A stretch of 64,000 nt of DNA from NCBI GenBank assembly GCA_048213135.1, contig PS015039.1:180619-244618 (forward strand), written 5' to 3'. This document shows, in pieces, positions 40,213 to 51,687 of this stretch (position 1 is its first letter; every line of letters begins with the position of its first letter). Origin of the DNA: Reclinomonas americana ATCC 50394. Lineage: Eukaryota. The notes under the pieces were generated by a model that was not told the origin of the DNA, did not search any database, and worked only from the letters and a program-made list of their open reading frames with translations. A program made the translations under genes and the position numbers.

Positions 40213-41384
40213 ATGTTGTGGGTCGCGTTCGTGCTGGCGTTGATCGCACTGCCGATTCTCCTGTTTACACAAGCACTGTACGTGCGGCGCCGTGTGATTC
40301 GCTTGCCGGCGGCGCAAGGTGCGATCACTGGCCAATTGTGGCACCCTCTGCGATCATCATCTCCGGGTCATCGCGTGGTGCACGTGTTGGCGCTGGGAGA
40401 GTCGCCAGTGGCGGGTGTTGGAGTGGAGCAGCATGAGCAGGGATTGCCGGCGAATGTGGCGCGCGCTCTGGCCGAGCACTATCATCGCGAGGGCGCTGAA
40501 GACGCGGAAGAGGAGAAGCTGTCGTTCACGTGGCATGCCATTGGTCGCTCGGGAGTCACCGCTGCTCGTGCGCGGCAAAGTGCGTTGTTTGTGTGACGCA
40601 CAGGATGATGATTCTCGTCGTCGCTCACTGCACAGCGCGCAGCGTTGTTGCCGCGACTGCGACAGCATCTCGAGGAGCATGTGCGCCTGGAGAACGATGG
40701 GGAGCGTGTGACGTTTGTGGTACTGGTCAGTCTCGGTGTGAACGACACGTTCCAGTTGACTGGCCAGCGCTCGTTCCAGTACCACCTGCAGCGCTTTGTC
40801 GATGAGGTGGACACGATTCTGCGATTGCACTGTGCGGCGCGGGGTCGTGAGGAAGGTTGGGATGGCGAGAAGGGGAGACGGGGGGCGAAGGCGCGTAGTC
40901 CGCTCACTCTTTCCGCTTTGCGTGCGTGCAGAGGTCGATGTTGCGCTAGTGGTGGCTGGTGTCGCCGACATTGGTCGATTCCCCGGCCTGCCGCAGCCGC
41001 TGCGCTGTTTCGTTTACGACACAGACATCATCGCTAGCGTGCTGTTTTCTGATGTGTGTGTGCATGTGCGTGTGCAGGGTTGGCGGGTTGGCGATCAAGG
41101 CAACTCGACGTGGCGGCCCAGCAAGTGGCACAACGATCCGAGTCGCTCTTTGTACCATCGGTGCCGGAGGGCGAGTTCTTCTGTGCGGATGGTGTGCACT
41201 TCCATCTCTCGCGTGGTGGTGGTGGTGGTGGTGGTGGTGGTGAAGCACTCTCACTCATGCGCATCCCCTCGCAGGCATCCACCCCTCACCCGACGGATAC
41301 AGGAGGTGGGGAGCAACAGTGGGCGAACATCTTTTACAGCGGCCGCGGAGCGCATTGCGTCGCACCAAGTCGGCCATGTTGTAG
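40213..41384 (+). CDS. SGNH/GDSL hydrolase with N-terminal membrane anchor, bacterial-like subtype
   Basis: Block I LALGESPVAGVG, block II GRSGVTA, block III LGVND, block V ADG|IHPS..GYRRW after splicing. Confidence 0.9.
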
Positions 41385-41782
41385 CCGCGCGCATTGCTGC
41401 TGTCAGTACACAGGGAAAAATACATGATGCGCGCATGCACTACTACACAGCATTTACATTGCCGGGTCGTCGCGCAGAATGAGTGGTCGTGCCTGCGGGT
41501 TCGATGAGTTGCGCGCTTCATCGCCGTACGAATTGTCTGTACAGGGTAGCGCGTGNNNNNNNNNNNNNNNNNNNNNNNNNNNNNNNNNNNNNNNNNNNNN
41601 NNNNNNNNNNNNNNNNNNNNNNNNNNNNNNNNNNNNNNNNNNNNNNNNNNNNNNNNNNNNNNNNNNNNNNNNNNNNNNNNNNNNNNNNNNNNNNNNNNNN
41701 NNNNNNNNNNNNNNNNNNNNNNNNNNNNNNNNNNNNNNNNNNNNNNNNNNNNNNNNNNNNNNNNNNNNNNNNNNNNNNNNNN

Positions 41783-42186
41783 AGGCAGGGTGACTCACCA
41801 CTTGTACAGTGTGCGAAGCATGTTTACCGCCTCCATCACGCTGGCTGTGGAGCAGCAGCGTCGGTCCAACACGGATGATTATGCTTCTGTGACCCCGAAC
41901 CCGACGAGTTGCGCTCGCCGTCACGCTTCTGCTGGCTAGCATCCCGTTTTCTCACGATTTCAACAGAGAGTGCTGCTGCGGTGGCTCCTGCCGCACCGCG
42001 GTTGAGCCGCTCAGGATCAGTATCGGCCTTTGTGCCACCTCCACCTCTGCTCGTGGCTCCAAAGGAGCTCAACGATGTGTCGCTGGACGACTCAAGCTTC
42101 CAACTCATTAACATGGAGACAACACCACAGCACTATGGTTGGTGGTGTCGAGCGATGACTGTCACGGCAGCAATAGCAGCCACTAA
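41783..42186 (+). CDS. Orphan coding fragment on a small gap-flanked contig
   Basis: Two apparent exons joined by a GTTGCG..CAG intron (..TDDYASVTPNPT|ESAAAVAPAAPRLSRSGS..); parent gene unclear. Confidence 0.35.
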
Positions 42187-42206
42187 NNNNNNNNNNNNNN
42201 NNNNNN

Positions 42207-44411
42207 ACCGCGTACGGTGGCGACAAACACATCTACAACGCACCTGTCACTGGCGGTGGGGTACACTTTTTCGGCCCGCAGATAGGCCGCTCGTGCGGTG
42301 CGGCGCACATCTTCCGAGGCGTCCGACATGCATCGGTGCACCGTACGCAGGTAGGTCTCGGCGAGAGAAAGATCGGCAGCGTCGGGTCCGACCACATCCA
42401 GCGAGAGTGCCAGAGCTTCCAGCGACCGATACCGAATCACACTGTACGACAACCATCAGGAAACAATCCATGAAGATGTTGATTGCCACTGTCACGCAAC
42501 TTGTGCAACGAGCCCGTGCCCTCGACAAGCACCGCCACCGCGGCCGGTGACAGCGGCACAATGCTGCGCACAATTTCTCGCAGACACTCGTTGCCGGCCA
42601 CGGCCATGACCTGAGTGTATGCACCACGTGAGATTGATGAAGGCACTTCACAGCGCGCGCGAGTGGCTCTCAACTTGCGTGGTCTTGCACGTCAGCGAGA
42701 GCAGCGGCCAGATGAACTGGTCACACACTGGCGCAAACGACGTCCTCGAGCTGCGTGCCAGTGAGCCGATCGCATGGCACAGGCTTTTGATCACCATCGA
42801 GCGCAGGCTATCCATCTGATGATGACGTGCATCGCATAAGAATTCTCACTCCGAGCCGCGCAAAGCATCGTTTCGCCACGCAACTCGTTTGCACAGCGCT
42901 GGAGCGAGGCGATGCACGTCGCGCTGCGTCATCCTCTCCGTGTTGCGCACAATGAGGTCGCAAGCGTCGGTCCAGTCCGACCACTTCTCACTATCCATTA
43001 GCAGGCTGACCAGGTACGTCACCAGCGAGTTGTGTGCGCCGGGCACAGCACGCGGTCTCAGCACCCTGTGGACGTCAAGTGAGAAAAGAGGGGAGGGCAA
43101 GAGATGGGAGGCACATGGCAATCACGAAACGGCTCATCGCTGGCATCGGCTGAGCTGTCTGCACTGTCGGCAATCGGTTCTGCTGGGGGAGAAATGGTTC
43201 TCTTGTTGCGCGACGACGAGGGCGGCGATGGCGGAGCGGAGACAGTTTCTGCTGGCGCCGCTGCTTCTTCTGCAGGCGCTGCCGCGACGGGCGCCTCAGC
43301 TCGCTTCACCTCTGCCTTGATCACGGCGGCGGTACTGGGCGCCACAGGCACCACCGGCGTGGGTCCACGCTGACGCAGGCGCTCCATGTCCTGCACGCAC
43401 ACACACACACGTCACAGAGTGAGCAAGCGCGGTGGGAGCCGAACATACTGATCGCGACGGTTGCGTGCAGACGCAACTCGTGCCAGTGTGTCCGGGGTGA
43501 TGGATTTCCGACTGAGGCGTCGACCTGCAAGCTCGGGACTGAAGAACTGCTGCGATCCCGACGACGAAGACGACGACGACGACGGGCCGGGCGCAATGTC
43601 ATCCATGGATGTGATGTAGTCGCGACTGGGGCAGCGAGGCAATCCAGCAAACACCAACAGTACCACACTGCGAGTGCCGATGGCCAGGAACTCGTTCACC
43701 GTCAAGTCGCCGTCCTCATCGCTGCCGCCGACAATGCCCGCCGCTGCGAATACACACGATTGGTACAATGATTGCATTGCTCAGTGGCCACGAGCGAAGT
43801 ACACGGCAACGACGCACATTCGGCAGCCTTGTCGACGATGCGCTGGTTCGGTGGTGGCAGCACAAGGTCTCGGTCGACCTGTCGCAGTGCTTCGTACTGG
43901 CCCCACAAAAACTGCAGCACCTCGACAATCGACACAGCGCGCCCCTGCACACACACCAAGAGAGAGTGTGTGAACTCACTGGCACGCTCTCGGGCGAATG
44001 CCACGCTCTCTCCTCTCTCCCTCGCCCATCACCTCCTCCTCCTCTCTCACACACTCACCATGGCGCGCAATGTCTTGATAAACGCACTCGCCTGCTCCTG
44101 CATAGCGGCCGAAGCGACCGTTCGCTTGTGGAATCGCACAACGCGATCCGCATACTCACTGGCCTCATCTGCGCTCATCGTTCAGCACCTCATAGACGCA
44201 CACACACACTCCCTCCGCCACCCCTCCACTCACCCCGCGTGAACCCTCGCTCTTGCAACAGACGCCGGGACAACGTGTGCAATTCCTCCTCAACCATCTT
44301 GCTCATGGCTTGCTCCGGAATGTGCCCACCCGTCAGGCATCCCGTCAGCGCATTATCCGTGCCAGCGTTGGCCCCGGGCGGCGTGTACAGGTTACTTCCG
44401 CAGCAGCCCAT
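42207..44411 (-). CDS. N-myristoylated/palmitoylated protein with C-terminal TOG (CLASP_N-like) HEAT domain
   Basis: Start MGCCGS; SEKWSDW..; DSLRSMVIKSLCHAIGSL..FAPVCDQFIWPLL..KTTQV..AGNECLREIV; RCMSDASEDVRRTARAAY. Confidence 0.7.
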
Positions 44412-44501
44412 GCGCGATTAGCCTTTTCTCGTGCAATCAATCGAAATACGAAGCGGCAACGGTCAACTCTGCCTGACTGCGAAATTACATTCACGATCTG
44501 C

Positions 44502-44775
44502 ATGCGCATTGTGCGCTGGCTTCGACGACTGAGTGAACGACTGACGGGCTCGCCGTCGCTGCTGAGTCTCTCTGGCGCCATCGTCCCACGCACTGCAACA
44601 CGCGCATACACGCGATTCACCCTGCCTCTGCTCACTGTGCTGGTCCTCGGGAACATTCTCCGAGTTGCGTCTCTGCCTCTCTTTCCTTCTCCTGCTCTGC
44701 TATGCTCATTGTGTATGTGTGCGCCAGAGTCGACGCGCAGTGCACCGGACATCGCTGGCCTTGGCGCGACTGTGA
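44502..44775 (+). CDS. Spliced 69-aa upstream ORF with one hydrophobic helix; its stop overlaps the cyclophilin ATG
   Basis: Exon 44502-44663, intron 44664-44727 (GTTGCGT..CTCAT..CAG, 64 nt), exon 44728-44775 ending TGA inside TGATG. Confidence 0.45.
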
Positions 44776-45773
44776 TGCTGTCGCTGTTGGTGCGACGAGT
44801 GACTCGGCGCCTCTTCAGCAGTGAGACTGTGGAGGTTCCGCCGACGACCACACGCAGGCGGCCTGGGCGACCAAAGGAGTTGACAGTGGCCGGTGTGCGA
44901 CGTGCCACACGACCAGCTGCGCGTGAGGCCAAGACCGAGTATGACGCACCGGATTTCCGCGATGTGTTGTTGCCGTACCCGACACTGCCGGTGCGGAGGG
45001 AGATGCGTGTCTCGTGTGGAGGTGATGATGCAGGCTGACACGCGATGTGTGTAGAACTTGGTGGAGAACCCGCGATTGCTGCGTGGACGAGGACGCCCGC
45101 GCGTCTCGTTCCAGTTGTCGCGGGAGACCATGCCGTATCCGCTCGTGTTTCTTGACTTTTGGAGGGCGCATGAGAACCTGGTGCGCCTGTACGATTGTTT
45201 TTTTCGTTGTGGCACTGCGTGGTAACACGAGTGCGTTGGGCAGGGTCGTGTGGTGATACAGTTGTTTGACTCGCTGGTGCCGGCCAAGGCGGCGTACTTT
45301 CGCGACCTGTGCTCTGGTGTGTACGGCCACGGGTATCAGCTGTCGCGCGTGTACAGAGTATCGCCCGACGGCACCATGCACGCCGGCGACTTGATCTTTG
45401 GCAACGGCACCGGTGTGCAAAAGGAGCGCAAGGTGCAGGAGAGTGCCGCCGAGCAGGCCGCGCACCTCTCGCACTGCTGCCCGGGCATTGTGAGCATGGC
45501 GCGCAAGGACAAGTCGGGCATCACCAACACGCCGTTCTTCGTCACCACCGCACCGGCGCCGGAGCTCGGTACTGTACTGCTCTCGCACTCATTCTTTGCA
45601 CGGTGAACATCACATGATTCTCATGTACATACATGCACTCAGATGGTCGCTACGATGTCGTCGGCAAGGTGGTCTACGGAATGGATGTGGTGTACGACAT
45701 TGTGGAGAACTCGAATCTGGTCAACTACGCGCCAGATCCCGGTGTATGGGTGGCGCTGTGTGGTGAGTTATGA
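44775..45773 (+). CDS. Cyclophilin-fold protein with mitochondrial-presequence-like N-terminus and degenerate active site
   Basis: MLSLLVRRVTRRLFSS; PLVFLDF, GRVVIQLF..VP..FRDLCSG..GY..RVYRV, AGDL..GNGTG, PGIVSMA, FFVTT, LDGRYDVVGKVV.GMDVV, CGEL*. Confidence 0.88.
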
Positions 45774-46278
45774 AAATGCATGCTCAACGATTAGAAACGT
45801 GAAGGGGAGGGAGGGAGAGGGAGAAGGAGGAGGAGGAGGAAGAGGCGAGAGATCAATCATCCAGCGAGATACAAGTATGAAGGTAAGAGGAATAGAGAGG
45901 AGGTACCACCATGACGCGATTCGAGAATCGACAGCACGCCCAGACATTACACGACCGGGGACCACTCAGGGATAACTGTATGCGCGACATGATGCATGAC
46001 ACGATCCCAGAGCAACAACAGAAGGCGACTGCATGGTGCAGAACTCCAACATGGCACGATCCAATAGTACAGCACAACGCTGCACAACTGGTGACTCCTT
46101 AGATAACTGCATGCACGACACGATTCACGATCCAACACTACTGCTGAGAACTCCAAGCTGTCAGACGCCAGGCAAACTCTGGCAAGATGTACGCGCACAC
46201 AGTGAGTCTCGAAGACCCGTCAACCAGTGAGAGCGCGCACGTGTGTTTCATTCCCGAGCAGCACGCACAAACGTGCAA

Positions 46279-46865
46279 TCAGCGACGAGATCCACCACGA
46301 CCACCCTTCTTCCCACTGCCACCACCACCACCACCTCGCCCAGCTGCTGGTGGTGAACTCGCTGCTGCTGCTGCTGATGGTGCTGCTGCTGCTGCTGGTG
46401 ATTGTGATCCTGCTGCTGCTGCTGCTGCTGTGGTTGTCGTTGTTGTTGAAGAGGAGGATGAGCTGGCTGCGGATGGCTTGGCGGTCATTCCACGCAGCAC
46501 CTTGAGCTGCAGATCATTGACGAACTTGACGTCTTGGTGCTGATCGGTCTTGTACTTGACACACTGCATGCACAGGCGAAGGGAATGACATGAGAGAGTG
46601 ATTCGGCGCACGTGTGTGCTCATTTCCGTCACTCACTTGCTTGTCGTTGGTGACTTTGAGCACCAGCGCACCGTCACAGTTGCGGTACTTCATCACGTAG
46701 CGTGTCTGTGCGTGTACGCGTGTGTGTGTGTGTGTGTGTGCGTGAGAAGAAGGTGACATGTCACTGCGTTTCTCGCTTCCAGGCGCACACACGCACCCGC
46801 TGCGGATCCTCGGCAATCATCCGCTCAGCAGCGGCCACGAACTCGGGAAGCTGAACATACACCAT
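46279..46865 (-). CDS. SRP9: Signal recognition particle 9 kDa protein with low-complexity/RGG tail
   Basis: MVYVQLPEFVAAAERMIAEDPQR|TRYVMKYRNCDGALVLKVTNDKQ|CVKYKTDQHQD. Confidence 0.93.
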
Positions 46866-46972
46866 TCCGCCACACAGCACGAAAGAGAAAGAGAGTGCGT
46901 GGGTTACCATAGCGGAATTCCATCTGCGTATCATCTCACCGTAACCCACTTTCTCATTGATTGTAATCCGCA

Positions 46973-49900
46973 ATGGCCTCTGCCGCGGATAGTGGCGAGA
47001 GCAGTGCGGCGCCTGCAGGAGGCGGACTGGAATACGTGGACTGGATTGATCTTCGGTACACAATGCGCACAAGAAAAAAAAAAGAGTGACTTTGATGATA
47101 TGGATCACTCACTGTCTCTCTCTCTGTGCCTTCTCTCGCCGTAATGGTGCAGGTTGATTGCGATTGCCACGGGCGTTGGTGACTTTGAGGTGGACGATGT
47201 GCTGCGGGCGTTGGGTGATCGCCTGGCGCTTGACAATCCACGACGTCTGCACTACTCGGAGCTGAAGCGCGTGCTCAAGGATAGCGAGGTGCAGGCGCTC
47301 TGGCACATGCGTTACCTCAAGTACACTGTTGCGTTTTGTGTGTGAGAGAGAGGAGAGAGAGGGGGAATATGTGAGAGCCGTTTTGCTTGGTGATCCTGTC
47401 GATGTGAGCGTGGCCATGCGTGTGTGGTATTGTCGTTGGTTATTGGTGGTGTGAGCTGTGAGTGCGTGTGCGTATGTGTGGTGATGCGAATCTCGGAATG
47501 GGAGATGATGAGCGGGTGTGATGAGGCCCATTGGGGAATGTGTCCGCTTTCCAAATTCATCCTTTTTTCCCCTCTCTGATCGATTTCCTCTGTCCCCTGC
47601 GCTGATCTCTCCTCGCACTACTGCACTCGATTGCCCCTTTTCCGCGTGACCATGGTGTCACTATGGTGTGCGGTTGCTGGTTTGTCACTTTTCTCTCTTC
47701 TACACAGGGCGAGGAATGCGCATCGTTGTTGCGTGGCGCGGTGGATGTGATGCGCACGTACCCGCATGTGACACTCGGGCTGGTGGAGACGTTCTGCCGG
47801 ACGTTTCGTTTTGTGGAGTCATTCATTCAGCCGCCGAGCACACCCGAGGCGCGCTCGTTGGTGCACGACGATGGGCGTGTGTACTTTTCGCTGCACGGCT
47901 TGCCCAAGATGCCAAGCAAGGTGTTGCATGTATTTGAGTTGATGAATTATGTGGTGGCGTTGGAGGAGATCCAGGACTGGTTGCGCCACAAGCACACCAA
48001 GGCGCTGCGCACGGTGCAGGCGTTTGAGGCGTTGGAGTTGCTGGGCCAGTTGCGTGCATTGTGTTTTCCTCTATCTCTTCTCAGCAGCCTCTCTCTCACG
48101 CTTCGCGTGCAGTGCCCAGAAGCGTGAGCAAGTGTTGCCGATGGATGCATTTGGCTACTCTCCCCGAGAACAGCACGCGGGTGTGTTTGCGGTGAACAAG
48201 GCCGAGGAACTCAACATGCGACAGCATCAGATCCTGAAGCGCCTCTCCAAGGAGGTGAGACGCCTCTCCGCTCGTGCTTCTCAGCGAGGCGACTTCCCCG
48301 TTGTTTCTGACTGGCATCGGTGCAGTACAATGAGGGCGATCGGGCGGTGTTGGCGCGCAGAAAACAGCGCGACACCAGTGGCAAGCCCGCTCGCGAGGGC
48401 TACGTGATGAAGGAGCTACGCATGCATGCCGAGGCCGCCAAGGGTCAGCACTTTACGCTGACGGGCGGTGTGGGCATTCACGGCTCCGAGGCCGGCAGCA
48501 ATGGCTTCACCGAGCACCACACGTACGAGAAGATTCGCGAGATGATTCGAGAGACGTGGCGTGGAGTGATTGCGGGGCGCAAGAACGCCGCGCACGTGAC
48601 ACGAGAACGCGCACGCATCGACGACTCGGACGACCAAAAATCGGTGGCACTCGGTTTCAATCCGTTTCATCTGGGCGTGGAGATGCCGCGGCGGTCGCCC
48701 GTGGCCTTCAAGGTGGTGCGTGCCCTCACGCCTCTCCAGGGCAAGGTGCCGTCGCCACCGTCGCTGGTCTCGGTGCGCTACTACTACATGGAGCAACTGA
48801 AACGGAGACGACGATCGATTCAGCAGCAGCGGTCGCAGCGCGTGGAGGAGAAGGAAGCCGTCAAGGCTGCTGAAGAAACGGCGGTGAAGGCCAAGGGAGT
48901 TGCGTGTAACGTGGCTCGTCTCCTTCCTGCGTGCCATCTGCTGCTTACTCCCGCACAGGTGTCGTTTGGTGCGATGCGCTTGGCCGGTGGATTGCTGTTG
49001 CGCCGCTCCATGGGTGCTGTTGCGTGACGCGCGCATGGCAGTCGTCCGCCACTGCACGCATGCACTCACTCTCGTTGTTTTTGCTGCAGCAACGTGCGCC
49101 GAGCGAAGTGCAGCTGTTCCGTCAGCTGTTTCAGAAAAAGATGCAAGTGTTTGAGGAGAAGAGTGCCAAGGCTCTCACCCACTCAATAATATGCAAGAAG
49201 GCAGAACCGCCACCCGCCGCCAGATTACAAGTGCGTCGGCGCATGCCACTTTTTTGTGTGCGCGTTTCTTGATTCCGCTGACTTGCAATCTTCATTTGAT
49301 ATTTAACTCCAGCGATCGAATTCATGGTGCGTGAGCAATGAGGTGTCGATGTGATACTCGCTGCATGCTGACACACAAAGTGCTGCTGTTGATGCGCAGT
49401 CCGGACATGTCCACTCATGGTATTCCGGATGAGTACTTTGACGATTTGCGAGATGCGGAATCATGTGACGGCGAAGTGGACATGGCGGCTCATCGAACGC
49501 CGGAGCTGATTTCGCCGCCCCACGCCATCTTGAAGTACATGTTTGATCGACTGCACATTGCTGCGGCCGCGGAGGGCCGGTACGTGCACGTGTGCGAGGA
49601 GTCTCGATTGCATGTGTTTTGCACTTTTTACATCTCTATTTTGCAGTCGTTTCACCATGAATGAGTTCTTCAAGTTCATGGTGACGCCAGTGCGGCCGGT
49701 CAACGCTTCGGAGGCATACGACCGCCGTCAACAACAGGCGGCCGGCGATGATGGCAGAGTGAGTCCCGCCGGCAGAGCATCGTCGTCGCCGCGAGCCCCA
49801 TCGCCGTCATCGTCGCCGGTGCCGTCTGTACGACTGCCCGCCAGTGGCTCCCCGTCGTCGGCGAGTGGACATCACCTACCGACGCCGACGGCAGGCGCTG

Positions 49901-51510
49901 CGGCGCGTGCAGCAGCAGCAGCAGAGCCCGGCACGCCAAGACCGCGATCGGCCACGACTCGCGACCGATCACATTCACCGTCGTCTTCGTCACTCTCACA
50001 ATCCGGTCGCCGGCCATCACCAGCACGCACTGCCTCCACTGCTGTTGCTGGTGGCGGGGGGCACTCGCGCTCCACGTCCATTGTCGAGTACGATTCGTCG
50101 TCGGACGAGGAAGCAGTGGAGCAGGGCGGGCGCCGTCTGTCGTCGAGTCGCATGCCAAGTCGTCCTCCGAGTCGGCCAGCCAGCGCCTCCCGTCGCTCCG
50201 CCTATCACCCACGACCGCAGTCGTCACCGGGCTATCGAGCGGGCGACGTGCTTGCTGCTCGGCCGCGCAGTGCCAACGCCAGTGTGCAGCGCACGAGCAC
50301 TTCTATCGATCCGTCCTCGTCGGCAAACTCGACCCCTCTTGCCAGTGTCATTGGCGGTTCAAGTGAGGCTGGCGACCTGGTGGACGTGGACGACGTGGAG
50401 GGGAGTGACGGAGCGGAGGATTCGTTGGATATTGCGGAGAGGGCCTACCGCAAGGCACGGCCACTGTCTCCACAACAGCAAAAGTCTGACAGGCCGCGCC
50501 CGCCGCATCTGGCCTTTGTCACCAGCTCTGTCGATTCCAGCGGCAGCGGCAGTGGTGGTGGTGTTGGTGGTCTTCGCTCCCGCTCCACCGCCATCTCTAC
50601 TACTGGCCGGCCTGCTACTCCCATCGGTGCGCCGCCGCCGCCACCACCACCGCCCATCCAATCGCCAGAGTCTCCGCACCGACCGCCCGGTGCGCCATCC
50701 TCGGCTCGTTCCCCACGTTCTCGTGCTCCGCGCGTCAATCACCATTTGCGAGTGGTACGCTGTAGTCCGTTTGTGTGAGCACCTTGTGTGTGCGACACTT
50801 GTTTACCGATGTGCATGCAGAGTGCGTTTGAAAAGGCGGAAGACGACGACGCCAGCAGCCGGACGAGTGGGAGCAGCAGCGGCGGCGGTGCACCGCCCGT
50901 GTGGAAGGCGCTGAAAGAAGTGGTGGCTTCAGCTGACCTCGAACCCGTCTCGCCCATATCGTACACGCTGCGCAAGTGCGTGAAAGCCACTCACGGTTGT
51001 CTGGTGTGGCGCACATCTCACGTCATGTTTTTCCTCTTGTGTGAACACAGATCAATGCATCCTTCCGAGTTGATCCTGGAGACAGCGCGTCGTCTTGATG
51101 TTGCGCACACCAGCAGTGCATCGTGTCTTTCCCACACCATGTGAGCACTCAATTCGTATTCTTTGTGTATGCAGGTGGGAGTGTTGACCACGAACACAGC
51201 CAATCCTCAACTGTTCAGTCGTCGCCCAGCACGCCCGCCGGATCCAAATTCACCGTCCGAGCGCGAAAAGCGAACGCAGTCACTCATGCGTGTGGATGTT
51301 GGCATGCCGAAGAAGCCGAGCGTCGCCGACGTGATGCGCAGCGTTTCCGCCACCGCGGCCGGCAACACGTTTTTCGGTGGCGCTGCCTCCGATCGACATG
51401 CGGCTCGCCAACCCCGCCGCCCACAGACCGCTGGCTCTCGCCGACCGCCGCCAGCGCCGTCATCGAGGACACTGCCTCTGCGTCCTAGTTCAGCGCACTT
51501 GCGGTACTGA
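46973..51510 (+). CDS. Large hypothetical protein: helical N-half, Ser/Pro/Arg-rich disordered C-half
   Basis: Consistent multi-exon frame from MASAADSGESS to ..SSAHLRY*, including a 14-nt micro-exon at 49313-49326; no family recognised. Confidence 0.7.
47499..47612 (+). ncRNA. Candidate intronic box C/D snoRNA
   Basis: In an unusually long 380-nt intron (47328-47707): C box ATGATGA 47505-47511, D box CTGA 47602-47605, terminal stem GGGA/TCTC, second CTGA 47576-47579. Confidence 0.35.
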
Positions 51511-51687
51511 TTCTAGCCAGCGTGGGGACGCAAGCCCTACATAATTGATAATAATAATTCGAACTCTACAAAAAGTTATTTCTCCGATATTTCCGTATCG
51601 CTTATACCCTGCGCGCGATTATTGATTGACACACAAGTTAGTGCAGATCACCATAATACTCATGGTGACGGCGATGGCGACTGCAAC

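Noticed and set aside
30028-41384. Bacterial contamination explaining lysA and the SGNH gene
   Set aside because: Both carry spliceosomal introns like their neighbours; lysA shares contigs with POLA1 and HYPK.
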